Assembly (NCBI RefSeq): GCF_012958305.1
Contig: NZ_JABBYO010000008.1
Location: forward strand, 1 to 64,000
Origin: Tautonia rosea
GTDB lineage: Bacteria > Planctomycetota > Planctomycetia > Isosphaerales > Isosphaeraceae
Reading direction: 5' to 3'
DNA: 64,000 nt
Position numbers and translations under genes: made by a program. Below, one piece after another: positions 1-8,967 of the stretch. The first letter of the stretch is position 1. Every line of letters begins with the position of its first letter. The notes below the pieces were generated by a model, which worked only from the letters and a program-made list of their open reading frames with translations, did not search any database and was not told where the DNA came from.

Positions 1-75
1 TCGGCCCTTGCTGGTTACTCGGACGGTTACTCTCGGCGGGGTGGTCCGCTGAGCTTGGTCGTTCTGCCCTGAAAC

Positions 76-741
76 TTGATGCCCGCAACCATCGAATCAA
101 TTCGCGATGATCTTGAACGGTGCCGAACTGCCAAGCGGGCACCTAAAGTGTTTGGTGCCGAAGTACATGGCTTCAAGCTGAACCCCGTGGTTCGGAAATC
201 GGTCATAGCCAACTTTGAATCAAAGCACGAAATCATACTTCCGGAAGATTATCGTCGCTTCATCACGGAGCTTGGAAACGGAGGTGCGGGACCGTATTAC
301 GGAGTATTCAAGTTTCATGAAATGGATGATTGTGATTCGTTCCAACGCTGGAAGGAAAACGATGGCTTCGTGGGAACGCTCAGCAAGCCGTTTCCGCATA
401 CAAGGGCATGGAATGATGTTCCGCCATTTCCCGAAGATCAGGATGATGAATCGCTTTACGATGCTGCAATGGAACGGTTTTACGAGATTTACTGGAACAC
501 CGAGAACGTAAACGGCGCAATACCGATTTGCCACCAAGGTTGTGCATATCGGAACTGGCTTGTTGTCACGGGCCCCGAGGCTGGGCACATTTGGGAAGAC
601 CTACGCACCGACCAAGAGGGGCTGAAGCCCACGCAACTGAAACGCAAGAAACGCGTCACGTTCTTAGAATGGTACAATGACTGGCTGCAACAAGCAGTCG
701 TCAAACTTCCTGAATCCAAGACGGGCAGAACCAAGCGGTGA
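76..741 (+). CDS. SMI1/KNR4 (SUKH-1) family protein, immunity-protein-like
   Basis: 221 aa ORF with coding-like GC3. Length and sequence pattern are typical of SMI1/KNR4 (SUKH) proteins: aromatic/acidic patches EMDDCDSFQRWKENDGF and ICHQGCAYRNWLVVTG. Family assigned from memory, not a search. Confidence 0.5.
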   Translation: MMPATIESIRDDLERCRTAKRAPKVFGAEVHGFKLNPVVRKSVIANFESKHEIILPEDYRRFITELGNGGAGPYYGVFKFHEMDDCDSFQRWKENDGFVGTLSKPFPHTRAWNDVPPFPEDQDDESLYDAAMERFYEIYWNTENVNGAIPICHQGCAYRNWLVVTGPEAGHIWEDLRTDQEGLKPTQLKRKKRVTFLEWYNDWLQQAVVKLPESKTGRTKR

Positions 742-782
742 ACCGGAGCCGCCGAGCACGCCCATTTTGAACTCAAAGCACC

Positions 783-1433
783 TTGGCGGCGGCCCGGTTA
801 CCGCGGTCGTTAGGCGTCACACAAGTGTCCAAACTCCGCATCGCCGCATCAAGCATCCCTCACTGGGTATCTGAACTACGGTGGGCGTACTTCTTTTGGA
901 CCGCTGCCCTCTTCCCAATAGCAACCTTGTTGCACGAAGTCGGGCACCTCGTCGTCGCAGTAAGCTTCGGTTTCCCTGCGCAGCTGCACTATGCAAGCGT
1001 GAGCGGGGTTCCCGAAACTCCACCCTTTGGCGGAGAGCCTCTCTATGTTGCGGCTGCAACTCTCGCAGGGCCGGCAGTGACAGCTTTGCTCATGACGATC
1101 GGTGCTATGTTTCGCACGCAGCAATGGGGTCTTCCGCTCATGGCGGCTTGCCTCCCGCGATTCGTCATCAATGTCGTATTCATGTTTCAACAATCACTTG
1201 TTGCAGTGGGAATTGCTGAGCCCGCCAAGCCCAGTTTTGACGAAGTTACTGCGGCTTATGCACTCGGCTGGCCTGCGCCTCTATTGGCGTCAGCCGGGGC
1301 ACTGGTCTTTCTTGCAGGCCTTGTATTGATTTGGCGGTGGGCGGGAAGGCTTGGCTTTCTAATACTTGCAATCGGCGCTGCTGTCGGAATGGTTACTTGG
1401 CTTGGTCTGCTTGGGCCACTGCTATTGGCATAA
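783..1433 (+). CDS. polytopic membrane protein with HExxH motif (putative membrane metalloprotease)
   Basis: 216 aa with several hydrophobic helices. LLHEVGHLVVAVSFGFP contains HEVGH inside a predicted TM segment. Family unknown and start uncertain. Confidence 0.4.
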   Translation: MAAARLPRSLGVTQVSKLRIAASSIPHWVSELRWAYFFWTAALFPIATLLHEVGHLVVAVSFGFPAQLHYASVSGVPETPPFGGEPLYVAAATLAGPAVTALLMTIGAMFRTQQWGLPLMAACLPRFVINVVFMFQQSLVAVGIAEPAKPSFDEVTAAYALGWPAPLLASAGALVFLAGLVLIWRWAGRLGFLILAIGAAVGMVTWLGLLGPLLLA

Positions 1434-1468
1434 CGCGCCGATGACGGCTAACCCCTCGCTCAAGCTGA

Positions 1469-1552
1469 CCCGCGGAGGCAGGTGCTGTAAGCCCGGCCTG
1501 AGCCAGAGGTACTATCGTCTCAGTCCGGGCTTACAGCACCTGCCTCCGCGGG
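1469..1552. repeat. 28-bp perfect inverted repeat (hairpin) with 28-nt spacer, intergenic
   Basis: CCCGCGGAGGCAGGTGCTGTAAGCCCGG at 1469-1496 and its exact reverse complement at 1525-1552. The spacer itself is nearly palindromic (cctgag...ctcagt). Confidence 0.8.
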
Positions 1553-1821
1553 CAGCTTAGCTCGAACGACTATGAAGCCGGGGGTGGGTCAAGCGGGAGG
1601 CGGACGGTTTTTTGGGGCAGTGGCTCAGCTCCTTTGCCGGGGGCGGTCGCATCGAGGTTCGCCGTTGGATGCATTCGACTCTCCGAGGTCTCGACCCGGG
1701 GGTCGGCCTCACTCATCCGATACGGCCCAAACTCTATCACGACATCACGATTGAGGACGTGACCATTGAGTAGCATCGCAACGGGGCGGCGATCCAACTC
1801 GGCTGGGGTGGAGAAACCGGC

Positions 1822-2178
1822 GTGGCAACCGCGAGGATCAAGCGCCTCATGATCAAGGGCGTTGATCCCGAGGGGCGCTACAACATGGCCCCGTTCACCT
1901 GGGAACGCGGTGCCGAGGGGACCAGGAAACTGCTAATCGACGGGCTGTTCGTGAGGTTGGAGGGCTCGATGTACGACGAGGAGGAGGAAGAGTGGGTCCC
2001 TGCGGGCCTCTTCGAGCTGAAGCCAACCGCTTGCACCTTCGATCTGAAGGCGGACAACGTCGATATCCGCACTTCCGCTTATGGGAGGCGGGATACGCCG
2101 GGGACGGTGATCATGTGCGGGAGCGAGACGCCGCGCGATCGGTATCGGTGCGGGAACCCGCCCCGACCCGAGCCTTAA
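1822..2178 (+). CDS. hypothetical protein
   Basis: 118 aa ORF with strong third-position GC bias and no recognisable domain. Confidence 0.3.
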   Translation: MATARIKRLMIKGVDPEGRYNMAPFTWERGAEGTRKLLIDGLFVRLEGSMYDEEEEEWVPAGLFELKPTACTFDLKADNVDIRTSAYGRRDTPGTVIMCGSETPRDRYRCGNPPRPEP

Positions 2179-2625
2179 CGAAGGGCCGGCGTATCCTCCC
2201 CATGTGCTGATCGGGGCACGCCGCCTCACCGGGCTCATGGCCTCTGCTGTCACGGTGCTCAAGAGTCGGCACGCGGGGGAATGATGGGCGGCGTCGGGGC
2301 GTGGTGGTTGTTCGGGAGTCGGAGACGCAGTGAGGCTCTTGAACGGGCCAGGATTGAGGCCGATGATGGTCGTGGTGGTTATGGGGCTCCTCGGGGCGGT
2401 GTCCGGGGAGTTCGTTTCGTCACCTCAAGGTTCCTGTCGGGGGACCCTCGGCGTTCATGGATTCTTGAGGCGTCTGCCCTGGCCGCGCGTCTGCTCAAGG
2501 TGTTGCTCATGATGTGGGACAGGTGGCTGGCCTCGGGACAACCGCAGGGCACCAAAGCCTGTCAGTCACGGGCTTCCTCTCGAGAATTCGGCCGCGCATT
2601 GCCCAAAACGTTTCCGAGAAATTTG

Positions 2626-4053
2626 ATGCGTTACGTCCCGCACTGGAGCGTGTTCGCGCTGGTCCTGTTGGTCCTCACGACCTTTGGAGGGAGCCAGGCG
2701 GCGGAGTTCGAGGTTGGCTTCGCGACCGTCGACATTACCCCTCCGGTCGGCTGGCGCCGCGCCGGCGGGTACGGGGAGATGATCAGCACCGGTGTGCGTG
2801 ATCCGCTTCAAGCAAAGGCGATGGCGTTCTCGCAAGGGGACGTCGAGGTGGTCCTGGTCGGCAACGACCTGTGCTCGGTCCCGCGAGCGCTGACCGATCG
2901 GGCCCGCTCGCGGGCCGGCGAGCGCATTGGCATCCCTCCGGCGAACATTATCATCACGGCGACGCACACCCACGGGGGGCCGGAGTACCATGGCCCGTTG
3001 CGCGATGTCTTCAGTGCTCGGGCGGCTGAGGAGAACGGCGGCCGCGACCCGCGCGAGCCGATCGACTATCAGGCGCTGCTCGTCGAACGTTGGGTGGAAG
3101 TCATTGCCGAGGCCCACGCCAATCGTCGAGGCGCCGCGCTGTCGGTCGTGGTCCCGCTGCAACCCGGACTGGCCTTCAATCGCCGCTTTCTGATGAAGGA
3201 TGGCTCCACCGGGTGGATTCCGGGGAAGCTGAACCCGGAGATTGTCCGGCCTCTCGGGCCGACGGACCCGGAGTTGCCGTTCGTGCTGGCGCGCGACGCC
3301 GAGACCGGCCGACCTCTTGGGGGCCTGACCGTCTTTGCGATGCACACGGCGATCTACGGCGATCCGCCCTTCGGCGCCGACTACCCCGGCCATCTTCAAG
3401 CGCACCTGCGTCGGCAACTTGGGGAGGGGGAGTTCGTCTCACTCTTCGCCCAGGGTTGCGCCGGGGACGTCAACCACATCGACGTGAACACGAGCGATCC
3501 CCAGGACGGCGAGACGTACCCGCCGTACGTCGGCGCCCGCCTTGCCGCGACGATCGCCCGCGCCCTGCCGCTGTCACGGCCCATTGCGGGCGATCAGCTC
3601 GCGATCCGCTCGGCCACTGTCGCCGCGCCGATCCTACCGATCAGTGAGGCAGAATATGAGCAGTCGCGGCGAATTCTGGAGGAGCCCGACGACGGGGGCC
3701 GGCCGTTCCTGGAGCGAGTGGCCGCCTGGCGGACGATGCTCGGGCACCGGTTCCGGGAGGAGCACGGCGACCGGCTTCCACAGGAGGTCCAGGTAATCCG
3801 CCTCGACGAGGACACGGCGGTCGTCGCACTGCCGCACGAGGTCTTCGTCGAGCTGGGGATGGCGATCAAGTCGGCCTCTCCGTTCCGGACGACGATCGTC
3901 ATCTCGCTGGCCAACGACATGGATTTTTATATCCCCACCCGACGGGCATTCGAGGAGGGCCACTACGAACCGACGACCTGCCCACTTGAACCGGGTTGTG
4001 GCGAACGGCTCGTCGCCACGGCGGTTGAGTTGCTCCAGGGGTTGAAACCTTGA
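2626..4053 (+). CDS. neutral/alkaline ceramidase family hydrolase, secreted
   Basis: Signal peptide MRYVPHWSVFALVLLVLTTFGGSQAAEF. Matches the ceramidase N-terminal domain: GYGEMISTGVRDPLQAKAMAF and ITATHTHGGPE (THTHSGP-like). Start moved to the ATG at 2626 inside the longer predicted ORF. Confidence 0.75.
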   Translation: MRYVPHWSVFALVLLVLTTFGGSQAAEFEVGFATVDITPPVGWRRAGGYGEMISTGVRDPLQAKAMAFSQGDVEVVLVGNDLCSVPRALTDRARSRAGERIGIPPANIIITATHTHGGPEYHGPLRDVFSARAAEENGGRDPREPIDYQALLVERWVEVIAEAHANRRGAALSVVVPLQPGLAFNRRFLMKDGSTGWIPGKLNPEIVRPLGPTDPELPFVLARDAETGRPLGGLTVFAMHTAIYGDPPFGADYPGHLQAHLRRQLGEGEFVSLFAQGCAGDVNHIDVNTSDPQDGETYPPYVGARLAATIARALPLSRPIAGDQLAIRSATVAAPILPISEAEYEQSRRILEEPDDGGRPFLERVAAWRTMLGHRFREEHGDRLPQEVQVIRLDEDTAVVALPHEVFVELGMAIKSASPFRTTIVISLANDMDFYIPTRRAFEEGHYEPTTCPLEPGCGERLVATAVELLQGLKP

Positions 4054-4178
4054 CGGAAGCGATCCTCAAGAGCTGGAGGAGAGAGCCATCGTGTCGGGGG
4101 CTGACCGGCGGATAAGGCCGGCTTACCGGGTTCACTCGGCGGGACGGTCCGCAGAGCCTGGGATGGGGGCGGAGAGGG

Positions 4179-4553
4179 ATGCGAGCAGCCTCGGTCGAAC
4201 TGGAGCGGCGCCGACCTGTCTGGGACGCCCTCTCGGATCTGTTCCTCGACCGGGAGCTTCAGCCCGACGACCATCGGCGGATCGCTGATGTTCTTGCGTC
4301 TTCCGGATACTCTGAAGCCGAACTGGAGGAGATCCTTTGCCGAGAGGTCGGCCCCGTCCTCTGGCCGAACCTCCTGTCGGTCGCCGGGGTGTGGACCGGA
4401 TTCGATCGTGACTGGCTGGAGGGCGAAATTCTGCGAGCGGAGAATCGACCGTGGTTTCGAGGGCCTCCCAGGGCCGTTACGATGACGCTGGTGCGTCACG
4501 ATTGGGAGCAGATCCGTGCTCAGTTGAATCCCGGCCGGGCTGCCTCACAGTGA
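4179..4553 (+). CDS. hypothetical protein
   Basis: 124 aa, coding-like codon usage, no domain recognised. Confidence 0.4.
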   Translation: MRAASVELERRRPVWDALSDLFLDRELQPDDHRRIADVLASSGYSEAELEEILCREVGPVLWPNLLSVAGVWTGFDRDWLEGEILRAENRPWFRGPPRAVTMTLVRHDWEQIRAQLNPGRAASQ

Positions 4554-4685
4554 CCGTCAAGGGGTGCCGGCCAGCCGCGGCGATTCGACTGGTGCACCGT
4601 GTTCGCTCGGAAGAACGGCCTTCTGCGCTGGGTCAGGGTGATGACGGGGGAGTTTGTCATATGAAGGCGAGACGGGCGCCGTCTG

Positions 4686-5192
4686 TTGAAGGGGAATTTT
4701 CTGGCACTTGTCGTGTGCCTGATGTTCTGTCCGTCTGCCTGGGCTGCCCGCCTTCTTCAGGTCCACGTGTATGCCAGCGACACGCTCGTTCTGCGCAGTT
4801 CTAATGATGATCGAGGGACCGAGGACGCTGCGACCGTGTGGCGGTCATTGCAGCAGGCACCGATCATGTTGGACGAGGACTTTCCATCGTTCACGGCCGA
4901 TTCAATCGATCCGCTGAGAACGAGCCTCGACGGTGATGTTCGCCTTACGATCAGTCATGTGAACCGTATTTTGGCAGAAGCAACCGTTTCAGGGCTGACG
5001 CTGATCCGCAACGATGCGCAGGACGAGCGGTGGTTCCTTCCCCTGAAGGAGGTGGAGCGAACGGCTGCCGCTGCGGGGCTTCCGCTGAAGCCGGAGGGGA
5101 TCGGCGCGGAGGGGGTTGGACTTCTGAGCGTGCTGGTCCTGGGGGTTTTTCTCTGTGTCGGGCTAGGGTGGGCCGTATGGCGGCGGGGTTGA
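4686..5192 (+). CDS. exported hypothetical protein with C-terminal membrane anchor
   Basis: TTG start. N-terminal signal peptide FLALVVCLMFCPSAWAARL and C-terminal TM helix LLSVLVLGVFLCVGLGWAVW. Confidence 0.4.
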   Translation: MKGNFLALVVCLMFCPSAWAARLLQVHVYASDTLVLRSSNDDRGTEDAATVWRSLQQAPIMLDEDFPSFTADSIDPLRTSLDGDVRLTISHVNRILAEATVSGLTLIRNDAQDERWFLPLKEVERTAAAAGLPLKPEGIGAEGVGLLSVLVLGVFLCVGLGWAVWRRG

Positions 5193-5321
5193 GCGAGTTC
5201 GATGGGGGAGTTGTCCACTTGCCCTGGCTACACTGGCGCGGGGCGTTGATTTGCGTTTTCTAGGCTCGCAGGCTTTCCGGCAGACGGCGCATGAGAGCTC
5301 AATCGTGAGGACCCCGCAATC

Positions 5322-5861
5322 GTGATCAACCGATTTACATTCGAGCATATCGGAATGGCATTGAAACCAATGATCCTGGCCACAGTCGGGATCATGGTGC
5401 TGACCGTTCTTGCGTATGTGGAGTTCCTCGTGGAATCGTCCGGGGGACACCCCTTCCCGTGGTGGCTTTACCTAGGGGTCGCGCTGCTGGCGTGCTCGCT
5501 GCTGTTTGTTCGGTATCGGCTCAAGTCTCTCCCGATCCGGCTGTTCCTTTGCGCGATGGTCGTTTTGGTCGCCGCCCATTACGGCAAGCAGGGATTAGTG
5601 TCTCGGAAGCCGTTCCTCCAGACGCTATACCGCATCGAGGCGGGGATGTTGGAAGCTGAGGTCGACCAGATCATGTCCGACTTCGTCAAGCTTACGAACG
5701 AGGAGGGAGGCACCTCGACGAGGGGTTCCGAGGGTTCGGGGGCTCTGACCGGAACCGTTCGTTATCGGCGTCCACCGCAAGGACCGTCTAACGACGCGGA
5801 CCGTGGTATCGTCCACTTCCGGGAGGGACGGGTCACTCACGTCAATTTCGTGCCGGATTGA
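5322..5861 (+). CDS. membrane protein, hypothetical
   Basis: Three N-terminal TM helices followed by a soluble C-terminal region. No motif recognised. Confidence 0.4.
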   Translation: MINRFTFEHIGMALKPMILATVGIMVLTVLAYVEFLVESSGGHPFPWWLYLGVALLACSLLFVRYRLKSLPIRLFLCAMVVLVAAHYGKQGLVSRKPFLQTLYRIEAGMLEAEVDQIMSDFVKLTNEEGGTSTRGSEGSGALTGTVRYRRPPQGPSNDADRGIVHFREGRVTHVNFVPD

Positions 5862-6462
5862 GATCGCTTCCCGGCGAACGTCGGGGGGGGAAATCTTCGC
5901 GGCTTCGTCTTTCGTACGAGCGGTCGCTCCTGTTCCTGGTATTATCAGAGAGAACCCCGGCGGGCTGGTCCGAGGGGCTGAGTCGGTGAGACGGCGGAGG
6001 CAATCTGATGGAAGACTGGTCACCGCTTGATGATTTGACGTCGTTTGATGCCAAGGGCCCCTTGCAGCGTGATGTGCTGTTGACGGGCTCGCTCCTGATT
6101 GTTGTTCGTGGCCAGGACGGTTCGCCGTGCGCGGGCGAGCGCGTAATGATTCGGGGCTGCGGCTTTGTCTGAGGGAAGACCTCAGCCGTCACCGACCGTG
6201 ATGGTGTGGCCTCGGTCGAGGCCCCGATCGGACGAGTCGAGATCGAAGTGGGATCGATTCACGAGGAGGCATGGGTTGCACTCGACCGCGAGACCGTGGT
6301 CGAAATCACGACTTGAGCGGCGAGCGGCCTTCGCCGTGCCTTACACGGTGGGCGACTGGGCTTGGCGGATCGGGTTCGGGTCTCATGGGGAAGGAGGCTC
6401 GGCGGGCCAATTCGCGGAGCGTTTGGCGTGTGAGGCAGTCTGACGACATGGGAGGCGGTGCG

Positions 6463-6840
6463 ATGATTAAGCAACTTCAGACCGATTCCCCGAGGCTTCT
6501 CGCCTTCCGATTGAGCGGGAAACTGCACGACGAGGATTATCAGCACTTTGTACCCACGGTCGAAGCGGCCCTGGCGGAGGCGGGTGGTAAGGTCTCGCTG
6601 CTGGCGCAGTTCGAAGACTTTCATGGGTGGGACATGCACGCCGCCTGGGACGATCTCAGGTTCGGAATGAAGCATTACGCCGATTTCGATCGGATCGCGA
6701 TGGTCGGTGAATCGACATGGCAGGAATGGATGACGCGGTTTTGCAAACCGTTTACCCAGGCAACTGTGAAGTACTTCGATGCATCCGAAGTGGATGCCGC
6801 CTGGGACTGGTTGCGCGGAAGCAACGAATCACGCTCATAG
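6463..6840 (+). CDS. STAS/SpoIIAA-like domain protein
   Basis: About 125 aa. LLAFRLSGKLHDEDYQHF...SLLAQFEDFHGWD...IAMVGESTWQEW is typical of the SpoIIAA-like (STAS_2) small-protein family. Start set at the internal ATG at 6463. Confidence 0.5.
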   Translation: MIKQLQTDSPRLLAFRLSGKLHDEDYQHFVPTVEAALAEAGGKVSLLAQFEDFHGWDMHAAWDDLRFGMKHYADFDRIAMVGESTWQEWMTRFCKPFTQATVKYFDASEVDAAWDWLRGSNESRS

Positions 6841-6975
6841 CCTCTGATGTCAATCTCACTGCCTTGACGCGCCGTGGCCAGTGAGCGAGCGATTGGTTCT
6901 GCGGTGGCTCATTTCCTTCGTGAGGCCGGCTGATCAGGGAACCGCGATCGTTCGTCATGTGATCGGAGGTGGCCA

Positions 6976-7287
6976 ATGCCTGTCCGTGACCGGGTGATGT
7001 GGGGCGCGAGCAACCCATTCAGCGATCCGAGGCTGGCGAATCTTCCCGAATTGGTCCGTGACTTCCGAGCCGGGCGGCTGCCCCAGGGTTGGCGCGGACA
7101 CAGGCTCTGGGAGAATCGCTGGCTCGACCTGCCGGTGAAGCCGGGCGACTACTACCGGGAATACTACGTCGGCACGTCGGCGGAGTCGGGCGATCTGCGA
7201 GTCGTGCTTGGGCGCGGCGGGGAAGTCTACATCTCGGGCAATCACCACCGCGATTGGCGGCAGGTCATCGGCATGCCGATTGGATGA
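6976..7287 (+). CDS. guanyl-specific ribonuclease of the barnase / RNase Sa (N1/T1) family, no signal peptide
   Basis: WENRWLDLPVKPGDYYREYYV aligns with barnase FSNREGKLPGKSGRTWREAD and RNase Sa FQNRESVLPTQSYGYYHEYTV (catalytic Glu). GNHHRDWRQV aligns with TDHYQTF / GDHYATF (catalytic His). Size is 103 aa, equal to the barnase fold. Confidence 0.65.
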   Translation: MPVRDRVMWGASNPFSDPRLANLPELVRDFRAGRLPQGWRGHRLWENRWLDLPVKPGDYYREYYVGTSAESGDLRVVLGRGGEVYISGNHHRDWRQVIGMPIG

Positions 7288-7349
7288 GGCTGGTGCCGAC
7301 TCCTTCGCTGCGGCGGAGCCAGTCCGCCTCGGTGGTTACAGGACGTTCG

Positions 7350-7877
7350 ATGACGGTCAGGTTCGGGCGGGCTGGTCGGCAACGCGAGGTCGTGAAGCGG
7401 CAGGAGAGGATCGTGGAGGGGTACTCGATTTCATGCCATGACAGCCACCCGACTGAGGAATCCTCTCGGATTGACCGGGGTTTGGGGGAGGCGAATGAGT
7501 CGATGGCCCCGCTCCACGAAGTCGAGCCGATTGCGTGCTTCGTTCATGGGGAGTCTGGGGAGGTGATCGGCGGAGCGATTGGCCGCCGATGGGGTTCCTG
7601 CTGCGAATTGCAACAGCTCTGGGTCGACCCGAGGTATCGCCGCAGGGGAATCGGATCGCGACTGGTCCTGGCGTTCGAGGCACACGCGCAAAGTCGCGGA
7701 TGTTCCTCGTTCTCGCTGGAGACGTTCAGCTTTCAGTCACCGCGATTCTACAGGACGCTCGGCTATGAGGTCGCATACGATCATCCGGTGTATCCGCACG
7801 GGATCGTGAAATCGATCATGGTTAAACATGTTGGTGAGAGTGAGCCCTCCGCCTTGCCACGTTCATCACCTTCTTGA
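7350..7877 (+). CDS. GNAT family N-acetyltransferase
   Basis: CCELQQLWVDPRYRRRGIGSRLV is the acetyl-CoA binding motif A (Q/RxxGxG/A). Start chosen at an internal ATG; the upstream part of the ORF overlaps the RNase gene in another frame. Confidence 0.55.
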   Translation: MTVRFGRAGRQREVVKRQERIVEGYSISCHDSHPTEESSRIDRGLGEANESMAPLHEVEPIACFVHGESGEVIGGAIGRRWGSCCELQQLWVDPRYRRRGIGSRLVLAFEAHAQSRGCSSFSLETFSFQSPRFYRTLGYEVAYDHPVYPHGIVKSIMVKHVGESEPSALPRSSPS

Positions 7878-8443
7878 GGTCAAGGGCGATCCGGAGCGGG
7901 TGGGTGGCAAGGGATGAGGGGGTCCGAACAGGATCGAAGAGAGCGCGGCGCGGGGCATCGGAGCAGGATGACGCTGGTGGGGCCATGAAGGGTCGGGGCG
8001 TTCCTCGCCTCAAGAAACCTGACGGAGGGATGGTCATGCCACGAGATCAGGTGGAAGAATTGCTCTACGGGGGAGAGTCGCCACGCAACCGGATTGCGTA
8101 CTTGCAGTACCTGCGCGAGGTCCAGCGCGGGAAATCGTTGCTGCAACTGAAGGCGGTAGCCGCGGCGATCACCCCCGAAATTCGTCAGCGCTGGTCGGCG
8201 CGGTCGTTCACGCCGGTGCAGACCTCTGACGGCCGCTTCGACGAAATCGTTTGTAACATTTCGTACCATTTTCATAAACATGGACAGAAATACGGGACGA
8301 TTCAGAAGATGACGGACGAGGCATTCAATTACCTCTCTCTGCATCGGAGCGAGGCGAAACTTCGGACGTCTGATGGCTTGCTGGTCTTGCCGAACGGCAG
8401 CCTGTATGAACCGGGAGGGCGGATCGTGACGTTTGTGGGATAG
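7874..8443 (+). CDS. hypothetical protein (start uncertain, possibly MVMPRDQ at about 8027)
   Basis: Coding-like ORF. The conserved-looking patch ISYHFHKHGQKYG was not assignable to a family. Confidence 0.35.
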   Translation: MRSRAIRSGWVARDEGVRTGSKRARRGASEQDDAGGAMKGRGVPRLKKPDGGMVMPRDQVEELLYGGESPRNRIAYLQYLREVQRGKSLLQLKAVAAAITPEIRQRWSARSFTPVQTSDGRFDEIVCNISYHFHKHGQKYGTIQKMTDEAFNYLSLHRSEAKLRTSDGLLVLPNGSLYEPGGRIVTFVG

Positions 8444-8496
8444 TCTTGGGTGGGTTGGCGGATCGCGGCAACGAAGAAGACCTCCGGAGAGAACGA

Positions 8497-8841
8497 ATGA
8501 CGCTGTTTCGCGTGTACCTTATCGGGGTGATGGTGTGCCTTTCCGGCTACACGGTTGTTGTCGGAATTCAACACGGTTGGAACCTGCTGCCGCTGTTCTT
8601 TTCGAGCATCGCGGAAATGTCGTGGCCGGGGCAGTTCAACCTCGACTTCATGACCTTCCTCGGGTTGTCGGGCATCTGGGTGGCGTGGCGTCACGAGTTC
8701 ACCGGGAGGGGGATCGCGCTGGGGATTGTCGCCTTCCTGGGCGGCATGATGTTCCTGGCGCCGTATCTCCTCTGGGCGAGTGTGCAGGCCGAGGGCGACA
8801 TGAAGGTGCTGCTGCTGGGGAAGACTCGGGCGGCCGTCTGA
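8497..8841 (+). CDS. small membrane protein, hypothetical
   Basis: 114 aa with three or four TM helices. Confidence 0.4.
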   Translation: MTLFRVYLIGVMVCLSGYTVVVGIQHGWNLLPLFFSSIAEMSWPGQFNLDFMTFLGLSGIWVAWRHEFTGRGIALGIVAFLGGMMFLAPYLLWASVQAEGDMKVLLLGKTRAAV

Positions 8842-8967
8842 GTTCGCCGAAAATCGCAAGACCGGATGATTCACGGGCACCAGGGCGGGCGGTGAGGTAG
8901 ACTGGGGCGAGGCGAGGCGCAGGTAAGGCGAAACAAAGGCGGCGGTCGGCCCCGGAGTGCGTGGAGG

